Positions 26,411 through 39,830 of a stretch of DNA of 64,000 bases are shown here, in pieces (position 1 is the stretch's first letter; the number at the start of each line of letters is the position of its first letter). The position numbers and the translations under genes are program-made. Under the pieces are notes generated by a model. The model had not been told where the DNA came from and did no database searches. It saw only the letters and a program-made list of their open reading frames with translations. The stretch comes from the human T2T-CHM13v2.0 reference genome, Homo sapiens. The stretch is taken from assembly GCF_009914755.1 (NCBI RefSeq), contig NC_060926.1. One strand, given 5' to 3'.

Positions 26411-29400
26411 TTTAAAAAAATTTCAGTAGGTCTTGGGGTATCAGCGGTTTTTAGTTACATGGATAAATTGTACAGTGGTGAAGTCTGAGATTTTTGCACA
26501 CTTGTCACCTGAGTAGTGTGCATTGTACCCAATATGTAGTTTTTTATTCCTCACCCAGTTCCCACCCTCCCCATTCTGGATGTAGCTATCCAGAGTCTCC
26601 AAAGTCTCTTATACCACTCTGTATGCCTTTGCATACCCATAGCTTAGCCAAGCGAGAACATGTGGGATTTGTTTCTTTTATTCCTGAGTTATTTCACTTG
26701 GAATAATGGCCTTGAGCTCCATCCAAGTTGCTGCAAAAGACATTATTTCATCCTTTTTTTTTTTTAAATGGCTGAGTAGCATTTCATGGTGTACATATAG
26801 CACGTTTTCTTTACTCATTGGTCCATGGGCACTTAAGTTGCTTCCATATCTTTGCCTTTGTGAATTGTGCTGCAAAAAACATACGCATGCAGGTGTCTTT
26901 TTGTTATGACTTCTTCTACTTTGGGTAGATACCCAGTAGTGGAATGGCTGGATCAAATGTTAGATCTACTTTTAGTTCCTTAAGAAATGTTCATGCTGTA
27001 TTCCATAGATATTGTACTGATTTACATTCCCATCAGCAGTGTATGTGCTCTGTTTTTGCCACTTCCACGCCAAATCTATTATTGTCTTTTGACTTTTTAA
27101 TAATAGCTATTCTTGCAGGGCATCTCATTGTGGTTTTAATTGGCATCGTCCTGATGATTAGTGATGTTGAGCATTTTTTCAAATGTTTGTTGGGTATTTG
27201 TTTATCTGCTTTTGAGAAATATCTATTTATGTCATTTGTCCACTTTTAGATGGGATTATTTGTTTTTTTCTTGCTGATTTATTTAAGTACCTTGTGGATT
27301 TTGGATATTTGTCCATTGTCAGATGCATAGTTTGCAAATATTTTCTCCCATTCTATGTGTTGTCTGTTTATTCTGTTGATTATTTCTTTTGCTGTATGGA
27401 AGATTCTTAGTTTAATTAGGTCCCATTTATTTATATTTGTTTTTGTTGCATTTGCTTTTGTGGTCTTAGTCATAAATTCTTTGCCTAGGCTGAAGTTCAG
27501 AAGAGTTTTTCCTGGGTTATCTTCTAGGTTTTTTATGGTTTCAGGTCTTAGATTTAAGGATTTGACCCATCTTGAGTTGTTTTTTTAAAATAAGATGAGA
27601 GATAGGGATCCAGTTTCACTCTTCTACATGTAGCTATCCAGTTTTCCCAGAACCATTTATTAAGTAGGGTGTCCTTTCCCCAAGTTATGTTTATATATGC
27701 TTTGTCAAAGATCAGTTGGTTATAAGTATTTGACTCTATTTCTGTCTTCTCTATTATGGTCCATTGGTCTATGTGTTTACTTTTATGCCAGTACCATGCT
27801 GTTTTGGTAACTGTAAACATATAATATAATTGAAAATGTAATGCCTCTAGATTTGTTCTTTTGCTTAGGATTGCTTTGGCTGTTTGAGCACTTTTTTTCA
27901 TTTCATATGAATTTCAGGATTTTTTTTCTAATTCTGTGAAAATGATGTTGCTATTTTGATGGAATTGCATTGAATCTGTAAATTGCCTTGGACAGTATGG
28001 TCATTTTCACATTATTTATTCTTCCAATCCATGAGCATGGAATGTGTTTCCATTTGTTGGGGTCATGTATGATTTCTTTCAGCAGTGTTTTTTAGTTCTC
28101 TTTGTAGAGATCTTTCACATCCTTGGTTAAGTATATTCCTAGGTATTTTATTTTAATTTTTGCAGCTATTGTAAAAGAGACTGAGTTCTTGATTTGATTC
28201 TCAATGTGGTTGTTGTTGGCATATAGCAGTGCTACTGATTTGTGTAAACTGATTTTGTAACCTGAGACTTTACTGAATTTGTTTATCAAATCTAGGAGTC
28301 TTTTGGAGAAGTCTTCATGGTTTTCTATGTATACAATTACATCATCAGTGAATAGTGATGGTTTGACTTCCTGTTTTCCAATTTGGATGCCCATTATTTG
28401 TTTATCTTGCCTTATTGCTCTGGTTAGGACTTCCAGTACTATATTGAATAGAAGTGCTGAAAATGGGCATCCTTTTCTCATTGAGGTTCTCAGGGGAAAT
28501 GCTTTAAACTCTTCCCCATTCAGTATGATTTGGCTGTGAGTTTGTGTTATATGGCTTTTATTATTTTGAGGTATGTACCTTCTATGCCTAGTTTTTTGAG
28601 GGTTTTTACCATAAAGGAAAACTGGACTTTACTGAATGCTTTTTCTGTATCTATTGAGATGTTCATATGGTTTTTGTTTTTAATTCTCTTTAGGTGATGT
28701 GTGTTGCATTATTGACTTGTGTATGTTAAACCATTCCTGCTTCACTGGGAGAAAACCCACTAGATCATGCTGTATTATTTTTTTGATGTGCTGTTGCATT
28801 TGGTTAGCTAATATTCTATTGAGGATTTTTGCATCTATGTTCATCAGGGATACTGGTCTATTGTTTTCTTGTTTTATTATGTCCTTTCCTCACTTTGGTA
28901 TCAGGGTGATACTGGCTTCATATAATGAATTAGGGAGGATTACCTCTTTCTCAATCTTTTCACTAAGATTGGTATCAATTGTTTTTTGAATGTCTGATAG
29001 AACTCAGCTGTGAATGCACCTGGCCCTGGGCTTTTATTGTTGGCAGTTTTTGTTTGTTATGAATTCAATTTCACTGCTTTTTATTGGTTTGTTCAGGGTT
29101 TTTATTTTCTTCTTGATTTAATCTAGAAGAGTTGTATGTTTTCAGGAATTTGTCCATTTTCTCTAGACTTCCTAGTTTGTGTGCATAGAGGTGTTCATAG
29201 TAGTCTCAAATGATCTTTTGTATTTCAGTGTTGTTGGTTATAATGTCCCATTTTCATTTTTAATTTAGCTTATTTGAAATGTTTCTCTTCTTTGTTAATC
29301 TAGCTAATGGTCTATCTAGTTTGTTTATCTTTTCAGAGAACCAGCTTTTTGTTTCATTTATCATTTGTATTGTTTTCTTAAATTTCATTTAGTTCTGCTC

Positions 29401-32400
29401 TGATCCTCATTATTCCTTATCTTCTGCTAGTTTTGAGTTTGGTTTGTTCTTGTTTCTCTATTTCCTTGAGATGTGACATTAGGTTGTCAATTTGTGATCT
29501 TTCAGATTTTTGATGTAGGCATTTAGCAATATAAATTTTGCTTTTAGCATTGCTTTTGCTTCAGAGATTTTGTAACTTATGTCGCTATTATGCTTCATTT
29601 CAAAGATTTTTGAAATTTCCATCTTGATCTTGTTATTAACTCAAAAATCATTCAGGAGCAGATTGTTTAATTTCCATGTATTTGTATAATTTTGAGAGTT
29701 CCTTTTAAAGGTGATTTCTAGCTTTATTCTCCTGTGATCTGAGAAGTTGATATGATTGTGATTATTTTAAATTTATTAAGAATTGTTCTGTGGCCTACCA
29801 TATGGTTTATCTTGGAGAATGTTTCATGAGCTGATGAGAAGACTATATTCTGTGTTTTTTGGATAGAATGTTCTGTAAATATCTGTTAGGTCAGTTTGTT
29901 CTAGAGTATAGCTTAAGTCCATTTTTTTTTTGTCTTTCTGTCTTGATGATTTATCTAGTGCTGTCAGTGCCACGTTGAAGTCCCCCCGCGATTACTATGT
30001 TGCTACCCATCTCATTTCTTAGGTTTAGTAGTAAGTATTTTTAAAATCTGGGATCTCTAGAGTTAGATGCATATAAATTTAAGATTGTAATATCTTTTTG
30101 CTAGACTGATTTTTTTATTATTATGTAATGACCTTCTTTTTTTATTCTTTCTGCTTTAAAGTATGTTTATCTGATGTAAGAATAACTACTCCTGCTTGAT
30201 TTTGGTTCCCATTTGCATAAAATGTCTTTATCCATCCTTTTATCCTGAGTTTATATGAGTCTTTATGTGTTAGGTGAGTCTCTTGAAAACAGCAGATATT
30301 TGGTTTGTGATTTTTTATTCATTCTACCAGCTTGTGTCTTTTAAGTGGAACATTAAGGCCATTTATGTTCAATGTTAATATTGAGATGTGAAGTACCGTT
30401 CCAGTTATTATGTTGATCGTTACCTAGATACTTTGTTTTCTTCTTTGTTATTGTTTTTTAAGCACCTTGAGTTTTATGCTTTCAAGAGATTCTGTTTTGA
30501 TGCATATTCACCTTCTCTTTTAAGATTTAGAAACCCTTTTAGCATTTCTTGTAGGGCAGCTCTGGTTCATAATTTATGAAATTTAGTTTTACTGGATACA
30601 AAATTATTGGCTGACAGTTATTCTGTTTAAGGAGGTATAGATAGGAACCAGTCCCTCCTGCCTGGTAAGGTTTTTGCTGAGAAGTCTGCTGTCAGTTTGA
30701 CAGGCTTTCCTTTATAAGTTACCTGATGCTTTTGTCTCACTGCTCTTAGAATTCTTTTTTTAAACATTGGCTTTAGATAGCCTGATATGTGTATGCCTTG
30801 GTCATGTCCTTTTTGCAATAAATCTCCCAGGAGTTCTTTGATCTTCTTATATTTAGATATCTAAATCTCTGGCAAGGCCAGGAAAGTTTTTTTCAATTAT
30901 TCACTCAAAATAAGTTTTCCAAGCTTTTTGCTTTCTCTTCTCCCTTAGGAACACCAGTTATTCTTAGGTTTGATCATTTTATGTAATCCCATATTTCTTA
31001 CAGACATTATTCATTTCTTCTGTTTATTTTTTCTTTATTTTTGTCTGATTGGGTTAATTCAAAAGCTTTGTCTTTGAGCTCTGAAATTCTGTCTTCTAGT
31101 TGGTTTAGTCTATTATTAAAACTTTCCTCTGCATTTTGTACTTCCCTAAATGTGTCTTTCATTTCCAGACTTTCAGGTTGGGTTTTCTTTAAAATATCTT
31201 TCTCTTTAGAAAAATTTTCATTCATATCCTGAATTTAAAAAAAAATTAAGTTAGTTTTCACCTTTCTCTTGTATCTCCTTGAGTAGCTTAATTATCAACA
31301 TTTTGAATTTTTTATTTGGTATTTCAAAAATTTCATCTTGGTTTGGACCCATTTCTGGAGAGCTACTGTGATTTTTATAGTTGGGGGTATTATAGAACCC
31401 TGTTTTGTCATATTGCCAGAATTATTTTTCTGGTTTGTTCTCATTTGGGCAGATTATTTCTTCTGTTATTCTTTAATTTGTTTTTGATTTGACTTTTTAA
31501 AAAAAATTCCTTTTGTCTCCATTAAGGATGTGACTTTAATGTTTATACTTTATGGTAACCTAATGCAGCTCTTGGTGCTTCCAGGGGTGAAGTCTCTGTA
31601 TGAGTTCCTTGGTTATAGAGGGTGTTTGTATGATGGCTTTCTCAAATGCTGGTTGTTGCAGTGTGCTTGATGTGTGAAGAAGTTCACTCTCTCCTCTGGG
31701 GTTGGAATGGCAAAGGCCTCTTGAAGCTTATCTCATTCCCCTGTGCTGTGAACATTTTTATGTATTTATTTTTTCCACAGTATTTTATTTACTGTGTTGA
31801 ATAGTTCCAGCTTCAGGCCGGTAGAGAAGGTTTCCCTGGGTAGAAACTGGGTGTGGCTAAAGCAGGTGGATAAATGCAATATCCAGTAGTGGACAGAGGT
31901 CCCAGCCTTGACAGAGGCAGGTGGAGAAACTCTCAGTGCAACACACTGAGGTCTTATCAGGGGGAACAGTCGGAGGCACCTGAACTCCCCTGTCAGGCCA
32001 GCAGGAAAGCAGTCCACCTCCTAGTTACACTACTGACTCAGTATTTTGGCTATTCAGATCAGACCAGCACAAGTTTTCATCTGCACAAATGTGCATATTC
32101 CAAGTAGAGTGGAATTCTAACACTTGTGCAAGCACGAACCTGGCGTGCACTCCACCTGTGGGGATATAATCCCCTTGAATTGTTCCAGAAAGGCTGTCCT
32201 TTGGTGTACTCATACTGACCTCCCATGGAAGAAGCCCCAGCTGGGTCTGCAGTGCTGGACAAGGGGCAAAACAAGTCCTCTTCTCCAAGACCCTTCATGA
32301 GCACCAGGGCTGCCTGACTGTTGGCATGGAGCTTCAGATTTTCCCCACTGAGCCTGGCAGTGCATTTGTGCCTTTGCTGAAAGGAGCTTCCCATCAGCAG

Positions 32401-34035
32401 AAAGTTCTGGGATTCAAGTTCTGCCATCCAGATTTTTTTGTCCCATGAGGTGTTCCCTTGATATAGTGCACTTCTCATTCTGCTAGAAGTAGTATCTCTA
32501 AAGACAAGACTATAGTGAATGCTGCTGCTCCTCTGAGTCTAGCCACCCAATGGGGCTGCCACACTCTAGGTTGGTGGTGGGGATATTTTCAAGGGATCCA
32601 GTGTTGTGACCTATTCTGAGGTCTTCCAGAAGCAGGTACTAGTGCCAGCTCTGGTGGGGGTAGCAGGGGGGTAACATAGCCTCTGTGAGATTTATTGATT
32701 ATAAATAGCCTTAGTGTGTTGGCTTTCTCAAATGCCAGTTGTAGTAGTAATGAACTGGTCACATGGACAGACTCAGGACCTCATGATTAGCCAGGGTGTT
32801 GCAGGCAACAGTGACAGCTGAGGTCAGACACAAGTTTTTCCATCCTTGGTGCTGTGTTATTCTGCCTGCAGATGCTATAATGGACTGTGTCAGTTGGCCT
32901 CCAGCCAGGAGGTGGCGCTTGCAGAAGAGTGCTGGATGCTGTAGAAGTGGTGGGATTTGTGCTCTTTTTATGCTACCCAGGGGAAGTACTCTGGTTTCTT
33001 AGGCAATTGGTGGGGTCATAGAACTGCCAAAATTTCTTTCTTTCATGTTAAGCTACCAGAACAGCCGGAGGGGCAAAGCCAGGTGGGGGCTGGGTGGGAA
33101 AGATCCGAGCTGTGGTTCCCCACATGTGGGACAAACAAGGGCTCCTGTGAGGGCCCAGGGGCGGTTCTTTGGCTACTGGAGTAATGTTTCAGAGAGGAGC
33201 ACAGCTGCCTCAGCTGTACAGAAGAGTCCATATGCGGAGCGGGGAGTAACAGGTGGCAGTATGTTCCACTCAGCTCCCCACACTGGCTAAAGCAGGTCTC
33301 ACATCTGCAGTGTTCCACTAGCAGCAGCAAGCTAAGTTCCAGGTAGTTTGCATTCAGAACTTAAAACTGCCCGAGGCCATAAGCCTGCCTGGTGGAGACA
33401 GCAACCATGGCTTTCAGGCCACAGCCGTCCCAGTCTGCCGGCAAAGCTGGGACGTCCAGCTCCTGTATTCATGGCTGCAGCACACTTCCCACTTGCCTCC
33501 CATTTCTGGCCAAAGGAATTTGTCCCCGCTCGAGATTATATTGTAAATTTCAGTTGGGAACTTCTCTCAACCTGCCACAGTCACCTGAGTTAGCTGGCAG
33601 GCTTCCACGAAATTTCCTGTGAAGTAGGATGAGGAATGGTTTCCCTCCATCCGTGCTGGAGACTGGGAATGCACACGTCTCTTCCTGCTGCTGCTCCCAC
33701 TTTTATATTGCCCACGGCTCCCTAAATTAGTCTCAGCACTGGTTAGGGTAAGGCCTTCCCCTGTAGCCTGGATTGCCAGGTTCTGCAGTAGGAGTGTATA
33801 CCCTGAAGGCAGTTTATCCCACTCCCACATTCGTAGGACTTGGTTTTCTGCCTGGCTTAGAAGATGCAGGCTGTAGCCTACCACCTCTTTCAAAGCATCT
33901 GTGATTTCTTTCAGTTTTCTTGTTAAGTTTCTACCTTGCTTCTTGTAAGAAAATTGACGGTGTGATTATCTACGTACTCTTTTGTCTTTCCAAGTGAGTG
34001 AGGCATGATAACAGTGCCTCCAGTCTGCCATCTTG
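26411..34035 (-). mobile_element. Near full-length decayed L1PB (~7.6 kb: 3'UTR, ORF2, ORF1, L1PBa-like 5'UTR)
   Basis: L1PB 3' end GTTACATGGATAAATTGTACAGTGGTGAAGTCTGAG; RT remnant [19 protein letters not shown] (28092-28481); ORF1 remnants (30627-31225); 5' end CAAGATGGCAGAC on the minus strand. Confidence 0.9.
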
Positions 34036-34364
34036 TAGAAAAATGAATTTCTTAATACATAACTATGAGTAGGTACGTTTTTTACAAGTTCAGAATCTAC
34101 CTTCTCTAAAATATCATTCCTAACTTTTGGAATCTGGACCAGATCCTTCTATGTGCTGTGTACCTTAACACCATGTACATTTCTTTATCATATAACACAT
34201 AGTGTGGGCTTGTCTACTATACCCTGAGACGATAAGATTCTTGAGGACTGGGTCATTATTTATAATTACAGATATAAATTTAAATCTAAATAAAACTCAC
34301 TGCAATTTTTTTCATAGAAGATACTTCATAAATGTTGCTGATATGAAAAATTGAATCTATGCCC

Positions 34365-34711
34365 ATTGTTTAATTATCTTCATTGTCACTGACTAACTTA
34401 GTCTTACCAGCTTAATACAGTGTTTATGAATTATCTCACAGTTCCTGTGGACCAGGAATGTGGGCACAGCTTAGCTGGTACCTCTGGCTCTAGATCTCTC
34501 ATGATGTTGCAGTCAAGCTGTCGGCTACAACTGCAGTCATTCACAGCCCAACTGGGGCTGAAGAGGCCACTTCCAGATTCAGCCTCCACAGAGCTGCCTT
34601 ATGATATGGAAGCTGTCTTCCTCATGAACAATCAATCCAAAGAAGAAAAAGTGATCACCCATGATGGAAGCTACGTTCTTTTATAACCAAATCTAGGAAA
34701 TGTCATCCCAT
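34365..34711 (-). mobile_element. MLT1-family LTR fragment
   Basis: ATCTCACAGTTCCTGTGGACCAGGAATGTGGGCACAGCTTAGCTGG...GTTGCAGTCAAG. Confidence 0.7.
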
Positions 34712-35135
34712 CTGTAGTGAGTTGAATGTTGGCTTCCAAAAAGATATGTTCAAATCTTAACCTCCAATACTTGTGAATGTGGCATTACTTGGAAAAAGAG
34801 TCTATGCAGGTATAATTTAGGATCTTTAGATGCCATCATCCAGGATTAACTGGATGAACTGTAAGTCCAAAGACATGTGTATTTAAAAGATACACACAGA
34901 GGAGAAGACCATGTAGAGACAGAGTCAGGGACTGATGTGATACAGACACAAGCCAAGGAGGAGTCACCAGAAGCCAAAAGAAGCAAGGAACAAAATTTCT
35001 ACTACAGCCCGGGGAGAAAGTGCTACGTTTCCAACACCTTGATTTCAGAGTTCTGGCTTCCCGAACTATGAGAGAATAAATTTCTGTTCTTTTAAGCCAT
35101 CCACTGGTAACAGTGGTAATTTGTCATGGCAGACA
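34712..35135 (+). mobile_element. MLT1B/C-like solo LTR
   Basis: TGTAGTGAGTTGAATG..AAAGATATGTTC...GAGAGAATAAATTTCTGTTCTTTTAAGCCA. Confidence 0.85.
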
Positions 35136-36371
35136 CCAAAAACACAAAATAAAGTTATTGAAGAAATTGAAGAAAGTGATTTTACTTTCACTGACTTTTT
35201 AGAGTGTCTGTTTAGTACATCTATATATGTAATACATCTGTGTTAATAATGATATTCAAATTAATCTTCACCTATAAATGTTAACATTGTTTTTTATTTA
35301 ATGAAGAGGTTTAAAGAGAAAGAGTTATGTATATTTATGTAGTATGTAATTATAATTAATAATCCCTTTATAAATTAATTACTATTTGAATAAAATGATG
35401 AAACCTAGAAAAGTGGTTTTTCATCAATATGTTGTTCTCTGTGTTGCAAAGTGATAAACTGTAGGCCTTTTTTAGTCTAAACTAGTTATTCATACTATGA
35501 TGTATCACTTATTACACTGAAGCTTTGACTTTCTTAGAGGTCACATTCTTTATAAAATGGCTTAATTTGCTTTTACAGCATGATTTATATTGAGAAAATT
35601 TAGTTTGGTGAAAAATAAAAAATATTTTCATGAGAATAATTTTTGTGTGTAAAGATTGAGCTAAAGGAGGGAGAAGAGTAGGATTTGCATTAATATCTAC
35701 AATGCATGAAAAAATGGAAGTGGCTATCTTAGAGAAGGAAATTGGCAAATCATGAATTTTAAATTGCATAGTTTATCAGTTAGGTAGCCTGACAATCTAA
35801 ACTAGAAACTTTTTGATCAGGCAACCATCTGTGAAACAACACCTATTTATACAAGCAATCTGTGCTATGTACTAATCACATCTACATTTGAAGAGTCTCT
35901 TATTCTTAGATCACAAGTAACAGAAACTAGTTCTGTCTGTTTAAACAAAAAATGCATTTTGCTGAAAGGATATAACTTAGCACATAAAATTTGAGGGTAA
36001 TCAGATGAAACAGTTCTCAGAAAAGACAGGAGCCAGACTGTTCTAGGCATCTAGAGATCAGGAAGTGGAGAGAAACAGCAGTGGGTACTTCTGTGGAGCT
36101 AAATATGGACCAATAGTATTTTTTAATGTTCTTCCTCTCACACTCACAAAGGGAGTCAGAATGGCTGAGTTTGAGTCATTTGCCCCCTGCCAGGAACCAC
36201 GGCAACTGATTAACAGTTCTCAAAAGACTGCCTGTACTAGGAGAGAGTAGGTCCCAAAGGCAACTTTAAAGTTCTGGAACCAAGACGGAGGGCGAATATG
36301 GGGGCAAATAAAAACAATAGATACCTCCTAAAACTCTTTTTCATAAGTGTTATTTAAAGCCATCAAACTGT

Positions 36372-36515
36372 CCAGGTGCAGTGGCTTATATCTGTAATCC
36401 CAGCACTTTTGGAGTCTGAGATGGGAGGATTGCTTGAGGCCAGAACTTTGAGACCAGCCTGGGCAACATAGACCCCTGTCCCTACAAGAAAAAAAAAAAA
36501 AAAAAAAAAAAAAAA
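36372..36515 (+). mobile_element. FLAM/AluJ monomer
   Basis: Single arm, A27 tail, TSD CATCAAACTGT. Confidence 0.9.
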
Positions 36516-36814
36516 CATCAAACTGTAATAACAATAAAATGTCATATAATAAAGATTTTGCCAGTAAAGTGAGTATAGGTGAAATAATAATGTTGCTTAG
36601 TTCTCAATAGGTATCTACTATCTTGAAAAATTCATTTGTTCTTTCTTGTGTACATACTTGTATTTACTAATTGCCTATCATATGTCAATTGCTATCCTTG
36701 ACAATGAGCATAACATTATAAACAATGGAGTTATTCCTTGCTTTTATGGAGTTTATAGTCTAGTGAAATAGAAATAAAACCACTAATATATTGCAATAAG
36801 TCTAAGATAGGAGG

Positions 36815-37230
36815 CATAGAACTATAAACAGAGTGGCTTAAAACAACAAAAATTCATTGTATAACAGTTATGGAGGATAGAAGCTCAAAACCTAGGTACC
36901 AGGGGTCACTGTCCCTCCAAAGGCTCTAGGGGAGGATCCTTCTTTTTTTTCCAGCTTCTAGTGGCTCCTTGTATTGCTTGATTTTAGGCAACATAACTCC
37001 AATCTCTGCTTCCATCTTGACATGACCTTCTTCCCTGTGTTTCTCTATATTCTTTCCTCTTCTTATAAACATATCAGTCATTGTATTTAGGGCCCATCCT
37101 AAATCCAGAATAATTTTATCTTAAGATTCTGAACTGATTGCATCTACAAAGACCATATTTCCAAACAAGGTCACACTCAGAGGTTCTGGGTGAACATGAA
37201 CTTTTGTGGGGCACTATTGAACTACCATAG
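36815..37230 (-). mobile_element. MLT1A/B-like LTR
   Basis: GTGGCTTAAAACAACA..AATTCATT...CCCTCCAAAGGCTCTAGGGGAGGATCCTTC...TTTCCAAACAAGGTCACA. Confidence 0.8.
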
Positions 37231-37239
37231 TGGGGTACA

Positions 37240-37717
37240 TTGTTCTGTTGGTGTTCCTAGCAGGGTCTGGGTAAGAGGTGGAGAGGAGAGATGATGGTGA
37301 CGAGGCTAGTGTAACAGATGGTAAGGAAACATGTAAGGGATTTGACATTATCCTAAATGTAGTGGAGTGCCACTGGAGGGAATTAAGCAGGTGGATGACC
37401 TAATCAGATTTGTGTTTTACAAAGATCATATTGGATACAATGTGGAGACAAGGAGTAACTAAGCAATGCTGGAAGAAAAAAGCTAGCTAGGATATTCTAT
37501 AGTAATTTAGGTTTGAAATGATGATGACTTGGAGAAGGACATGCTGTTGGGAATGAAGAACAATAAATTCAATTCTGGTATGTTTACAAAAGTGGAATGG
37601 GCTTTGTGTGAATTAGAGACAAAGGATGCTAGAGGAATCACATGTAATATGGCCCAGGCTGCTGGGTTCTGAGACTATGTGGATGAAAGTTCTAGGCTCT
37701 GAAATTGGAAGAGAGTG

Positions 37718-37776
<59 letters not shown>

Positions 37777-37960
37777 GGAGAGAGAGGGTAAATAATGAAT
37801 CAGTTTTGGATATTTCTTTTAGTTTTGGTTGCTGTGAGACTTCCAAGTGAGCATGTTCAATAGCCAGTTGTCTAGTGGCCTGTATGAGACTAGTGATGTT
37901 GAATAAACAAATCTTAGTATGTTAGTATATAAATGGTACCTGAAATTGTTAGAGAATTGA
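37240..37960 (-). mobile_element. L2 fragment interrupted by (TG)n
   Basis: GCCACTGGAGGGAATTAAGCAGG..GACCTAATCAGATTTGTGTTTT..AAAGATCA; GAATCAGTTTTGGATAT. Confidence 0.7.
37725..37768. repeat. (TG)22 microsatellite
   Basis: Seen directly. Confidence 0.97.
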
Positions 37961-39599
37961 AAAAAGTATATATGATTACTATAGCCAATAAAGGAGTATT
38001 ATGCGGAATTAAATAATGACATATAGAAATAATTTTTAATAGCATATGAAATAACTATTATAAAAAGCTGAGTGAAAAGAAGAAAACTAGGACACAGCTG
38101 TATCTATAGTAAGATCTCGATACTATATATTTGGCTACTTTTAATAATAAACACTATAAGTGAATGCACTTAAATGTAGTGGCTATTTCTGGGTGCTTTT
38201 ATTTATGTATTTATTTTTACTTATTTTTAAAGTACAGTGTGTTCAATGAGCATATAGTACTTTTGTAGCCAGAAAAAATCCAATTTTTATAAGTTGTTAG
38301 CACATATAATGTACCTGAAATTGGATATTCATAGCATGGTATTTTTAAACATGAGTGATTAATTTCAAAGATTGAGCATCTTTTGATTTATGAGAAAAAA
38401 AAGTTGTGGGAGAAAAAGGATTATACCATCTGAGCCAAGTATTTATATAACACCTCAAAATATATATGGGGATAGTATTGTATGTCCTTAGGTTAAGTAG
38501 CTATTTGAGAAATCAGGATAAAAATGCTACTTTTGGACATAAAGTAGAAAATAACTTTAGCTTGAAGCATTTTTACTTGATTTTGCAAACCATATCTGTG
38601 AATAAGCAATTTAATAAGACACAGAAATAGATCATTTTATGTAAGTTGTCATTAGTAATAATGCCAGGTTGCCTTATGTAAGGTGATTAGACATAACATT
38701 CCTGTGCAGATTTTACTAATTTCTGTAAGACTTTAATGGTATTTAGATTTCTGGAATGCAAAGCTAAAGCTTTAATATTAAATCTACTTTACATATCCAC
38801 GGGTTGTGCCATGAGAACAGAACGTATTTGCACATTCTTCTTTTCTCTCCCTTCCCCTCCCCTTCCAAGTTTCAGAATATTAATTATTCCATTAACACGT
38901 AATGGATGATATGATGATGCGTTTAAAACACTCACATCATCTTTAGGCTATTTTGATGGTAACAGAGGATAATTAATGCCTTGTAATAACTTTAATAAAA
39001 GGCTGAAAGCCGGCTAGTACCTACAGTAAGGAAAATCATTTGATACTTATGTAGGAGGTTTTGTTTTGTTCTTCACGTTTTTGATCATTGCTTAGGTATT
39101 ATTATTTGCTTTGACTCCTCAATAAAATTATTTACTAACCTTGACCTGGGATGAAGCATAAAAATTTTATCATTTAAGTAAGCTACAAAACTCGAACATT
39201 CTTTTACTTGCTGATGGCTATGAAATAAGCAGACCCTCTTTCTTTAAAAATAATTTTGAATAGACTCTAGTAATAGATATACTAGAATTAAATTTTTTGG
39301 TTAGTTTTTTATAAAAATATAGGTAATAATAATTTTGATAGAAAAGAAACAAGCTTAGATTTCAATAGAGATTTGGAGTCTTTTAAAGCGAGTTTACATT
39401 ACTTATATCCTTTAATTAGACTATGCTGGGAATGTTTAAATGACTTTCTCTATACAAAATTTTGGCTTAGTTAGGAGTACAAACTTGGCCTTCCTCTAGA
39501 CTATCTATCTGCTTAATAGGCCTTTTCTTTCCCCTTTCTAGAGTGGAATTTTCTAAATTCCTGAGTGAGTTTTGAAATCTGCCCTAGGATTTTTAACAG

Positions 39600-39830
39600 T
39601 AATAATAATAATAATAATGGCCAACACTTACATATTACATTGTATATGTCAGGCACTGTCCTAAGCTGTCTGCACAAATTAACACATTTAATCTTCATAG
39701 GGAAATTTTGTTTACAGATGAGAAAGCTTATGTACAAAAAGGGAAAGTAAATTTACCTAAGGTCCAATGGCAAAGATGGGATTAGAACCCAGTTGTAGTC
39801 CTTGTTTTATTCATTACATGCTACTGCTTG
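39600..39830 (-). mobile_element. MIR
   Basis: GTCAGGCACTGTCCTAAG...CATTTAATCTTCA...TTTACAGATGAGAAA..GGGATTAGAACCCAG. Confidence 0.75.

Noticed and set aside
26411-34035. Potentially active full-length L1
   Set aside because: ORF1 and ORF2 are broken by many stops and frameshifts; old subfamily
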